Assembly (NCBI RefSeq): GCF_900109825.1
Contig: NZ_FOBL01000009.1
Coordinates: 60,843-84,842, forward strand
Origin: Alkalibacterium putridalgicola
Lineage (GTDB): Bacteria > Bacillota > Bacilli > Lactobacillales > Carnobacteriaceae_A
DNA: 24,000 nucleotides
Reading direction: 5' to 3'
The translations under genes and the position numbers were made by a program. Positions 16,727-23,927 of this stretch are shown in pieces. The number at the start of each line of letters is the position of its first letter. Within the stretch, counting starts at the first letter, position 1. Below the pieces are notes generated by a model. The model had not been told where the DNA came from. It searched no databases and saw only the letters and a program-made list of their open reading frames with translations.

Positions 16727-16972
16727 TTAATTCAATAACGTATAAACCGTAAACAAAAGCAGGGATAAAGCAGTAATTAAAGTTATACTTCCTTTAGCTT
16801 TTCGTCCTTCTTTGAAGTCCTGTGGCGTTATTGCTAAAAGTGACAAGATTAGAAATAAAGTTATGAGCGGGAACAAGGTATAATTTCCGGAAATTAATAT
16901 GTATACAGAAACGAGTATACTGATAATAAGTGATATTCTTTGCAGTATTCTATACACTATAAACACATCCAT
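16727..16972 (-). CDS. Possible small 3-TM membrane protein
   Basis: 81-aa ORF, strongly hydrophobic, in an AT-rich region. No clear RBS was found and no family was recognised. Confidence 0.35.
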   Translation of the reverse strand: MDVFIVYRILQRISLIISILVSVYILISGNYTLFPLITLFLILSLLAITPQDFKEGRKAKGSITLITALSLLLFTVYTLLN

Positions 16973-17198
16973 TCATTTTAACTTAGTATACCATAATCTG
17001 TATATATCTTTCTGTTTAATTTATAAGTGTAAAGAAGATCATTATTGAGTTTTGAGTAAACACATTATTAGAAAATTTCTCCATGTGCCACAACTATCCT
17101 CTTATTGTGTCTTTAACTCTTTGCGCTTTAAGTCGGTGAGGATCATATTCAAATAATGGAAGGATTTCCCGTTCTGCGAGGTTTTAATTTTTGAAAGC

Positions 17199-17231
17199 AA
17201 AAAACCTCGACTGCATATTTGTCAGTCGAGG
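17199..17231 (-). terminator. Rho-independent terminator of the SEC-C motif gene
   Basis: cctcgactg (17205-17213) pairs with cagtcgagg (17223-17231): 9 bp and perfect. U6 follows on the minus strand (A-run 17199-17204). Confidence 0.8.
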
Positions 17232-17254
17232 CATTACTATTTGTTTAGCTACTA

Positions 17255-17986
17255 TTATCGGGCTTTCTTTTGCTGGTCTTTATTTATACAGCATTTTTTA
17301 TATTTTTTGCCGCTGCCGCAATGACAAGGATCGTTGCGTCCGAGTTTCTTCGTTTGAGACGTTCCGCTAACTTTGGATGAGTGTGACGAAAGATTATACC
17401 CTTGTTCTTTCAGCTCTTTATTCGTGTGGCCATTGTTGTCCCAAAGTCTCACGTTATTTTGAAGCGCCTTGATCATACGACTGACTGTTTCCTTTTGTTT
17501 TCTACCTTTAAACGTGACACCCCTATCAGTGAACACGTTCATCAGTGCTTTGAAACGAGTATTCACTTCGATCATTCCTTGGACATCTTCACAGACAGCT
17601 GTTGCGCGGAAGCTATCGCCGTCTACTAGATTTTCTAAGACATAATCATATAAAGTGGTATACGCCGCGTTCTGTTCAAAATAAAAATCATCGACATACT
17701 TGAGCAGCTCGTTTTTCTCTGGGATATATCTTGGCTTCCCTGCCTGCTTCTCCAGCATCGCAGCCAACCCATCAAACGTGAGAATAGTATCGTGGGCAAA
17801 ATGCTCATCCTCTAAATAAACAAAAGCCTTTTCGATTGCTTGTCTGTTTTCCAGAAAGTTCGTTTCCACATCTTCCAGTGTCACCTGTTCTTCATTCTGA
17901 TCATTATAAATATCAGCAACGACCTCTTTAGGTACCACGCCGTAAAGGTGAGCTGATGCGACTATATATTGAGATAGCAGATTCAT
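17255..17986 (-). CDS. SEC-C metal-binding motif protein of unknown function
   Basis: Start moved to ATG at complement 17984-17986, preceded by GGAGGA. The C-terminus RNDPCHCGSGKKYKKCC is the SecA-C-terminal-type zinc motif. The N-terminal ~200 aa were not recognised. Confidence 0.8.
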   Translation of the reverse strand: MNLLSQYIVASAHLYGVVPKEVVADIYNDQNEEQVTLEDVETNFLENRQAIEKAFVYLEDEHFAHDTILTFDGLAAMLEKQAGKPRYIPEKNELLKYVDDFYFEQNAAYTTLYDYVLENLVDGDSFRATAVCEDVQGMIEVNTRFKALMNVFTDRGVTFKGRKQKETVSRMIKALQNNVRLWDNNGHTNKELKEQGYNLSSHSSKVSGTSQTKKLGRNDPCHCGSGKKYKKCCINKDQQKKAR

Positions 17987-18115
17987 CTTTAGTCCTCCAT
18001 AAAACATTTAACACCATTGTATCATGATTCAAATTGGATGAGTAATATACTTAGTATGAAAGCAGAGCAAAATATATTTGTTACCATAATTCTTGAAGTA
18101 ACATCCACCTAGTTC

Positions 18116-18167
18116 TTTTTTACATTCTTGCTATGATTGAAAATGATATAAGCGAGAATGTAAAAAA
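18116..18167. repeat. 17-bp inverted repeat with an 18-nt loop in the SEC-C/cas9 divergent intergenic region
   Basis: ttttttacattcttgct (18116-18132) pairs with agcgagaatgtaaaaaa (18151-18167), with one G-U position. The T-run is 5' and the A-run 3' on both strands, so it is not a canonical terminator. Confidence 0.6.
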
Positions 18168-18303
18168 ACTCATTTATTGTTACAGATTCTATATTTTTGT
18201 ACGTTCTTCACCTGGTTAATTATTCTTTATAAATCAATAGGATATTCACTTAGTGCAAAAATGAGTAGAATTTAAAAATCCAGAGAAATTGAATCCCTTT
18301 TCA

Positions 18304-18312
18304 TGTTACAAT
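18304..18312 (+). promoter_or_regulatory. Candidate extended -10 promoter for cas9
   Basis: TGtTACAAT lies at 18304-18312, ~38 nt upstream of the cas9 ATG. Several other AT-rich -10-like hexamers are nearby, so the assignment is tentative. Confidence 0.3.
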
Positions 18313-18349
18313 GGTATAAATATATACAATGAGATTGGGAGGAAATATA

Positions 18350-21300
18350 ATGGCAAATAGAGTTTTAGGATTGGATATTGGTGTGTCGAGCGTCGGCTGG
18401 GGAATTATCGATAAAGATACGAATGAGGTTATCGATGCAGGCGTTCGGTTGTTCGAAGAAGCGACACGCAATGCGAATGAAGAAAGACGTAGTTTTAGAG
18501 GAGCTCGTCGCTTAAAAAGACGTCGTAAACATCGCCTTGAACGTGCAGAAGACTTTTTGCAATCAAACGGTTTTCCTGTAGACAGTATCGGTTCTATTGA
18601 CCCCTATCGTGCTCGCTATGTTGGTTTAAAAGAGGAACTGTCAAAAAAAGAGCTGGCTGCTGCTCTTTATCATTTGATCAAACGACGTGGGACAACCATT
18701 GATACACCCGCAGAAGATGATAAAACTTCCGGCAATGAATTATCTACTAAAGAACAACTGAAACGTAATGCGAAAAAGTTGGAAGATAAACATGTCGTAG
18801 AAATTCAGTATGAAAAATTGGTGAACAATGAGGTCGTTCGTGACCATACGAATCGTTTCAAGACAAGTGACTATATCAATGAAGCAAAAGCCTTGCTTGA
18901 AACTCAAAGTAAATACCATGCTGAAATTGATGCATCTTTTATCGAAGGGATTATCGAACTCATTAACAACCGCAGACAATATTATGATGGTCCAGGATCT
19001 GAAAAATCTCCTACCCCTTATGGTCAGTGGTACTATGATGAAGAAGGCATCTTACAGTATGAAACGATGATCAATAAAATGCGCGGAAAAGGTACTTATT
19101 TTACAGATGAATTGCGGATACCTAAAAAAGCCTATACGGCAGAACTCTTTAATGTCTTAAACGACTTAAATAACCTCCACTTTCCTCGGGATGAGACCCT
19201 AGATAGTTTAACCACTGAAGAAAAAGAAACGCTTATAAAAACCCATATAGATAAAGGAAGTAAAATAACACTGAAAAAAATCGCTAAACTTGTGGGTATC
19301 TCTGATGAACTGGATATCAAAGGCGCCCGATTGAACTTAAAGACAAATAAACCGATATTTTCAGAGTTTACTGGCCTGAAAAAACTAAAAAAAGATTTGG
19401 AAGGTATCGATGTTCCAGAGGGATTCTTTGAAAATAGAGAAGTTTTGGATAAAATCGCTGAAATACTGACGGCTGAAAAAAGCATCGCTCGCCGTGAAGA
19501 ACAGCTGGGTCAGTTATTCGAACAAGCATATAGTAGTCCCTTGAGCGATGTAGTTGCAGGCCTAGTCAATGACACATCGTTCAAGGAATACCACGCACTG
19601 TCTAAAAAAGCTATGGATCTTATCTTGCCTGAACTGTGGGAGACCAATAAAAATCAGATGCAGCTCTTTACAGAACATGGACTTGGGAAAAGTCGACTGG
19701 AACAGCTACAGAAAGAATCAAAAATCCAGTTTGATGATGAAGCTATCTTAAGTACAGTCGCTCGTCGCGCCCACCGGGAAGCCATCAAAGTAACAAACGC
19801 AGTCAGAGAAAAACATGGGGAACTTTCTCATGTCGTTGTCGAAATGGCACGCGAAAAGAACAGTGACGAAGCAAAGAAATCCTATAACGATTATCAGAAA
19901 AAAATTGGTGCGTTTGAAAAGAAAATGGCCAAACTGCTTGACGTCAAAGAATTAAAAGACTTGAAACTGAACGGAAAACAGATGCTGGCTTTGAAACTGA
20001 TGGATAGCCAGGATTATAAATGTATCTATACAGGTAAGCAAATTTTACCTCATGATATTGTAAACCAAGAGTATCAGTTTGAAATCGATCACATCATCCC
20101 TCTTTCCTACTCTTTTGATGACAGCCAGCAAAATAAAGTCTTATGCTATCGTCAAGAGAACCAGGATAAAGGTCAACTGACCCCTTTCCAGTATTTTCAA
20201 AGCGGCAAGGCGAAGCGGACATTTAATGAGTTTAAAGCCGAATGTACCAATTTGTTCAACTCTAAAAAGATATCAAAACGCAAGTTAAATTATCTGCTCG
20301 AACAGCGTGACGTGCAGCACGATCCAGAAATCCAAAAGAACTTCATCAACCGCAACCTTGTTGATACGCGTTATGCCATGCGTAGTTTGTCATCAAACTT
20401 AAGAACATTCTACATGAATAACGACATTGACACGAAAGTCTTATCTATCAGAGGAAGTTTTACCTCTGCACTCAGACGTCGTGCTCGCCTCCATAAAGAT
20501 AGAGATGAAAGCCATGCCCATCATGCTATCGATGCACTGATCGTATCAGCTATCGGTACTACACCGATACTGAAACAGTTTAAAGCAGTCGACTTTAACC
20601 GTGAAGGTATTGCGGTCAATACAGAAACAGGTGAGATCATCAGTGAAGAAGAAATCTTTGCCTCCCCTACCTTGAAGTTCATTCATTGGTTGAGGAATAT
20701 GGAAAGCGAGATCAAGTATTCTCATAAAGTCGACCGAAAACCCAACCGAACCATGACAAACCAAACTCTCTATTCTACTCGAGAAAAAGATGGTGACAAG
20801 TATGTTGTTGGAAAAGTAAAAAATATCTATGAACTGGATAAAAAAGGATTCGACTCACTTAAGAAAAAAATTGACAAAGATCCAGATAGTTTCCTGATGG
20901 CCCAGCATGATCCCAAGACATGGGAACTCGTTTTAAAAGTCATGGATGAACATAGTCACGCGGACAATCCTTTCCAAGATTTTAAAAAGCAGCATGGTCA
21001 TATAAAAAAAGACGGAAAGGTTCCAGTTAAAGGACTAAAATATCTCGATAATAAAATAGGCATCCATGTCGATATCTCTCATAAATTTCCAGAATCCAAA
21101 CGTGATGTTGTTCTCCTTAGTCGTAAAAGCATCCGTATCGATGTGTATCAGAACGATGAAGGGAAATATAAGTATTTGGGCGTCCCTTATAACTGGTTTA
21201 CAAAAGAAGGCGATCATTACGTTCTAGATAAAGAAAAATATTATGGTAAAGAAGGATTGGCAGCCCCTTACAAACAAATAGATGATTCCTATACATTCCA

Positions 21301-21592
21301 GTATAGTTTTTATAAAAATGATCGGATTTCGTATGACAAGTATGAGAAAATGGAAAATCCAGAAACCGGAGAAAAAGAAAAAGTAATGGTACATCATGAT
21401 AAGATCTTTAGAGGAGACACAAATCCAAGACAAAACCAAATTGAGATTGATGACATAGCCTTCAAGTTTAATGGAAGACAATTCATCACCCTTGGTAAAC
21501 TAATAAATTTAGAAAAGTATAACATCGATATACTAGGAAATGAATATCTTATTGAAAAAGAAGAACTTCAGGATAAAATTCCGGCAATTTAA
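18350..21592 (+). CDS. cas9: Cas9 endonuclease, compact type II-A (SaCas9/St1Cas9-like), 1080 aa
   Basis: ATG at 18350 is preceded by GGGAGGAAATATA; the track's 18329 start lacks an RBS.
- RuvC-I: MANRVLGLDIGVSSVGWGII, with the Asp codon at 18374-18376.
- Arg-rich bridge helix: RRSFRGARRLKRRRKHRLER.
- RuvC-II: VVVEMAREKN.
- HNH: YQFEIDHIIPLSYSFDDSQQNKVLCYRQENQDKGQLTPFQY, with the His codon at 20090-20092.
- RuvC-III: HHAIDALIV.
Long stretches are colinear with SaCas9 as I recall it (GNELSTKEQ, NRFKTSDY, FINRNLVDTRYA, YSHKVDRKPNR, DILGN). Confidence 0.97.
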   Translation: MANRVLGLDIGVSSVGWGIIDKDTNEVIDAGVRLFEEATRNANEERRSFRGARRLKRRRKHRLERAEDFLQSNGFPVDSIGSIDPYRARYVGLKEELSKKELAAALYHLIKRRGTTIDTPAEDDKTSGNELSTKEQLKRNAKKLEDKHVVEIQYEKLVNNEVVRDHTNRFKTSDYINEAKALLETQSKYHAEIDASFIEGIIELINNRRQYYDGPGSEKSPTPYGQWYYDEEGILQYETMINKMRGKGTYFTDELRIPKKAYTAELFNVLNDLNNLHFPRDETLDSLTTEEKETLIKTHIDKGSKITLKKIAKLVGISDELDIKGARLNLKTNKPIFSEFTGLKKLKKDLEGIDVPEGFFENREVLDKIAEILTAEKSIARREEQLGQLFEQAYSSPLSDVVAGLVNDTSFKEYHALSKKAMDLILPELWETNKNQMQLFTEHGLGKSRLEQLQKESKIQFDDEAILSTVARRAHREAIKVTNAVREKHGELSHVVVEMAREKNSDEAKKSYNDYQKKIGAFEKKMAKLLDVKELKDLKLNGKQMLALKLMDSQDYKCIYTGKQILPHDIVNQEYQFEIDHIIPLSYSFDDSQQNKVLCYRQENQDKGQLTPFQYFQSGKAKRTFNEFKAECTNLFNSKKISKRKLNYLLEQRDVQHDPEIQKNFINRNLVDTRYAMRSLSSNLRTFYMNNDIDTKVLSIRGSFTSALRRRARLHKDRDESHAHHAIDALIVSAIGTTPILKQFKAVDFNREGIAVNTETGEIISEEEIFASPTLKFIHWLRNMESEIKYSHKVDRKPNRTMTNQTLYSTREKDGDKYVVGKVKNIYELDKKGFDSLKKKIDKDPDSFLMAQHDPKTWELVLKVMDEHSHADNPFQDFKKQHGHIKKDGKVPVKGLKYLDNKIGIHVDISHKFPESKRDVVLLSRKSIRIDVYQNDEGKYKYLGVPYNWFTKEGDHYVLDKEKYYGKEGLAAPYKQIDDSYTFQYSFYKNDRISYDKYEKMENPETGEKEKVMVHHDKIFRGDTNPRQNQIEIDDIAFKFNGRQFITLGKLINLEKYNIDILGNEYLIEKEELQDKIPAI

Positions 21593-21601
21593 AATAAAGG
21601 G

Positions 21602-21630
21602 TTTACATGTATATCTTGGCTTGGTATAAT
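21602..21630 (+). promoter_or_regulatory. Sigma-A promoter of the tracrRNA
   Basis: TTTACA (21602-21607), 17 nt spacer, TATAAT (21625-21630), with a TGg extended -10 (21622-21624). It begins 10 nt after the cas9 stop. Confidence 0.8.
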
Positions 21631-21636
21631 ATAGTT

Positions 21637-21738
21637 GTCCTCGACGGAGGACTCCGTTATACCAAAGGTTGAGAGAACCTACCAAAAAAAGGCTTTATGC
21701 CGAGATCACAGATCAGCCCCTTCATTGGGGCTTTTTTG
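21637..21738 (+). ncRNA. tracrRNA: tracrRNA (~100 nt primary transcript)
   Basis: Anti-repeat 21653-21687 pairs with the CRISPR repeat at 23928-23963 as 16 bp, a U-U mismatch, 7 bp, a 3-nt/1-nt bulge, then 8 bp. This gives 31 bp in total. A nexus-like hairpin GGC-UUUAU-GCC follows (21691-21701), then GAUC-ACA-GAUC. The terminator is AGCCCC-UUCAUU-GGGGCU plus U6 (21715-21737). The 5' end is predicted from the promoter only. Confidence 0.88.
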
Positions 21739-21769
21739 GTATCCAAATCCATGAAATGAGGTGTTCCAA

Positions 21770-22672
21770 ATGAGCTGGCGCGTCGTGTATATCGAAAAGT
21801 CTGATCGGCTGAAATTGTATCTGGATAATTTAAAAGTTGTCAGAGAAGAATCCGAAGTCCTCATCCCCTTATCCGATATACATACCATCATCGTTGATAA
21901 TCAGCAAACCGTTGTCACTGCAAGACTTATTAATAAACTTTCCAAATATCATATCCTGCTCGTTTTTTGTGATGAAAAACATCTTCCAAACACCTACGTC
22001 TTGTCTCCCCACAGCCATCATCAGTCATCCAAGATGCTGAAAAAGCAAATAGGTTGGTCCCCTGCTGTCAAAGAAATCATGTGGAAACAAATCATACAAA
22101 TAAAGATTTATAATCAGGCCTCCGTACTTCACCATTTAAAGCGGAGTGAACCTGTGATTCATCAGCTGTATGATCTTGCGGAAACGGTTCAGCAAGCTGA
22201 CCAGTCTAACCGTGAAGGTCATGCGGCTAAACTGTACTTTAAGGAACTCTTTGGTTCCTCCTTCATACGTGAACGCAGCAGTCTAGACGGCATCAACTCG
22301 GGACTGAATTACGGCTATATCGTCATGCGCTCAACTGTTGCGCGTAGTTTGATAGCTTCAGGGCTTCATCCTGGCCTTGGCATCGGTCACGACAATCAGT
22401 ATAATGCCTTTAATTTAGCTGATGATTTGATCGAACCGTTCAGACCAATTGTTGACCTATGGGTAGCTGTTTTGATGAGTGAAAAGGATTATCTTGACAT
22501 AAAAACCAAACAAAAACTCGTGTATTTGATCAGCAACAATAAAATTATGATTGGCAATCAGAAGCAAACGATTTTAAACGCAATATCTCTTCTCATTCAA
22601 AGCTTTATAAAAAGCATGGATGAAGAAAATCCCGATTTACTGGTGTATCCAGCTAATGGGATCGCCATATAG
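21770..22672 (+). CDS. cas1: Cas1 integrase (type II)
   Basis: ATG at 21770 is preceded by GAGGTG. The sequence MSWRVVYIEKSDRLKLYLDNL..., SNREGHAAKLYF, LNYGYIVMRS, FNLADDLIEPFRP follows the type II-A Cas1 pattern. Length is 300 aa. Confidence 0.95.
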   Translation: MSWRVVYIEKSDRLKLYLDNLKVVREESEVLIPLSDIHTIIVDNQQTVVTARLINKLSKYHILLVFCDEKHLPNTYVLSPHSHHQSSKMLKKQIGWSPAVKEIMWKQIIQIKIYNQASVLHHLKRSEPVIHQLYDLAETVQQADQSNREGHAAKLYFKELFGSSFIRERSSLDGINSGLNYGYIVMRSTVARSLIASGLHPGLGIGHDNQYNAFNLADDLIEPFRPIVDLWVAVLMSEKDYLDIKTKQKLVYLISNNKIMIGNQKQTILNAISLLIQSFIKSMDEENPDLLVYPANGIAI

Positions 22673-22985
22673 ATTTATGCGTCTCATGCTATTTTTTGAT
22701 TTGCCAATGAATACACGAAGCGAAAGACGAACGTATGCGAGATTTAGAAAGTATTTGATAAAAAATGGCTTTACCATGGTTCAATTTTCAGTTTATTCAA
22801 AGATCTTTCCTAACCGCAGTTCTTTAGATACGTATATGATGACATTAAGACAGAATCTGCCAAAACATGGTTCGATACGGGCAATGGCTGTTACTGAGAA
22901 GCAGTATAATAAAATGTACCTACTCGTAGGCGACCAGACATTGACTGAACAGACGCTGACAGATAATACGATGGTGATCTTATGA
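22656..22985 (+). CDS. cas2: Cas2
   Basis: MGSPYRFMRLMLFFDLPMNTRSERRTYARFRKYLIKNGFTMVQFSVYSK aligns with type II-A Cas2 N-termini (SpCas2 begins MSYRYMRMILMFDMP, as I recall). The start is uncertain: 22656 (overlaps cas1 by 17 nt) or ATG 22677. The track's 22620 is unlikely. Confidence 0.9.
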   Translation: MGSPYRFMRLMLFFDLPMNTRSERRTYARFRKYLIKNGFTMVQFSVYSKIFPNRSSLDTYMMTLRQNLPKHGSIRAMAVTEKQYNKMYLLVGDQTLTEQTLTDNTMVIL

Positions 22986-23917
22986 AAGAGTGGCGAATTA
23001 ACGATCCAAAAGGTACCACATTATTAATGAGTCAGATAACTCTTCTAAAAGGTGCTATTTTTGAATGGCAGGAAGTTATAGAACGGATTAGACTAACGTT
23101 TGAATTAAAAAAATATGATCTTTTTGAAAGTGAAGAAAAAATATATGTCGATGATTATTATTTAAGTATCTTGTCAAATTCTGATGACTATTATTCTTCA
23201 AATTTAAAGGACTCTAAAGACTCCTTAATGGCCTTGTTTATAGCTTACTTAGAACTGTCCCCTTTCTACAAAAATCTTGTTGAAAGCTGGGAAGAATTAC
23301 AGGAAGAAGTCGAACTTTTGAGCCAAGAACTCGGTTATTCTGCCGAAGTTCGATTAGATGATTATAAAAAGAATATTATCGAGGATCATTTAAAATGGAA
23401 AAGTAGCAAGGGAAATGCTTTGGAGGAAATGCTGCAGCAGATTAAGTTGACGAAAAAGTCTAAACCGGATAAAAGACATATTTTTATCCTAATATCTCCT
23501 GAAAAAATCTTAAACGATAAAGAGTTGGTAAAACTGAATGATCAACTACAGCAATCACCAGGTTATTTTATTGTTGTAAGTGGTTTTTCGTTTTCAGGCT
23601 CTCAGAATATTTTATACAATGATCAGATAATTAATCAGGAATCTGTAACAAGCTATAAAGACACAATAAGCACCCTATTACCTTTTGTATTCAGTGAAAA
23701 CAAATTTGAGAACTCTCTAAAGTGGTATATTAACTCTGTGGATAAAAGTAATGGAAACATCATAAAATTATCTCTATCGTCTGTGGATAACTTGGAAGAG
23801 TTAATTTATGTTTTTATAATGATATACGTAACTCAACTCCCGTTTACTGTTGACTACACGGGCATTCCTGAAGGTTACAAAAAGTACATTGAATCAGTAA
23901 TTGAATCTGAGGTATAA
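22982..23917 (+). CDS. csn2: Csn2-like protein, long form (311 aa), assigned mainly by position
   Basis: It is the fourth gene of a cas9-cas1-cas2 operon and is directly followed by the array. Its start overlaps the cas2 stop (ATGA). The central block KRHIFILISPEKILNDKELVKLNDQLQQSPGYFIVVS resembles the Csn2 core (SpCsn2 [37 protein letters not shown], from memory). Overall similarity is weak. Confidence 0.7.
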   Translation: MKEWRINDPKGTTLLMSQITLLKGAIFEWQEVIERIRLTFELKKYDLFESEEKIYVDDYYLSILSNSDDYYSSNLKDSKDSLMALFIAYLELSPFYKNLVESWEELQEEVELLSQELGYSAEVRLDDYKKNIIEDHLKWKSSKGNALEEMLQQIKLTKKSKPDKRHIFILISPEKILNDKELVKLNDQLQQSPGYFIVVSGFSFSGSQNILYNDQIINQESVTSYKDTISTLLPFVFSENKFENSLKWYINSVDKSNGNIIKLSLSSVDNLEELIYVFIMIYVTQLPFTVDYTGIPEGYKKYIESVIESEV

Positions 23918-23918
23918 T
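23889..23918 (+). promoter_or_regulatory. Candidate pre-crRNA promoter embedded in the 3' end of csn2
   Basis: TTGAAT (23889-23894), 18 nt spacer, TATAAT (23913-23918). The -10 overlaps the csn2 TAA stop (23915-23917). The predicted start of transcription is ~3 nt before the first repeat. Confidence 0.5.
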
Positions 23919-23927
23919 GAAATTGGC

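Noticed and set aside
18329-18349. Track start codons for cas9 (18329), cas1 (GTG 21761), cas2 (22620), the antitoxin (4978), EIIB (10590), DUF427 (12666), the hydrolase (GTG 12764) and the SEC-C protein (18007)
   Set aside because: In each case an internal ATG a few codons downstream has a much better Shine-Dalgarno sequence and matches the family N-terminus. The longest-ORF starts lack an RBS. For 12764, the start also lies at or upstream of the predicted transcription start.
18740-21481. Antisense and out-of-frame ORFs inside cas9 (18740..18979 -, 18828..19070 +, 19132..19485 -, 19569..19751 +, 20546..20764 -, 21035..21217 -, 21224..21481 -)
   Set aside because: They are shadow frames in an AT-rich gene. 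Their translations are Phe/Ile/Ser-rich with no motifs.
21631-21652. Idea that the tracrRNA 5' segment acts as a natural single guide repressing the cas9 promoter (tracr-L-like autoregulation, as in S. pyogenes)
   Set aside because: Only ~16 nt precede the anti-repeat, and they form their own hairpin. I found no complementary target in the cas9 upstream region (18008-18349) by eye.
21706-21891. 61-aa minus-strand ORF overlapping the tracrRNA terminator and the cas1 5' end
   Set aside because: It is antisense to cas1 and the tracrRNA, with no RBS. The region is fully explained by those features.
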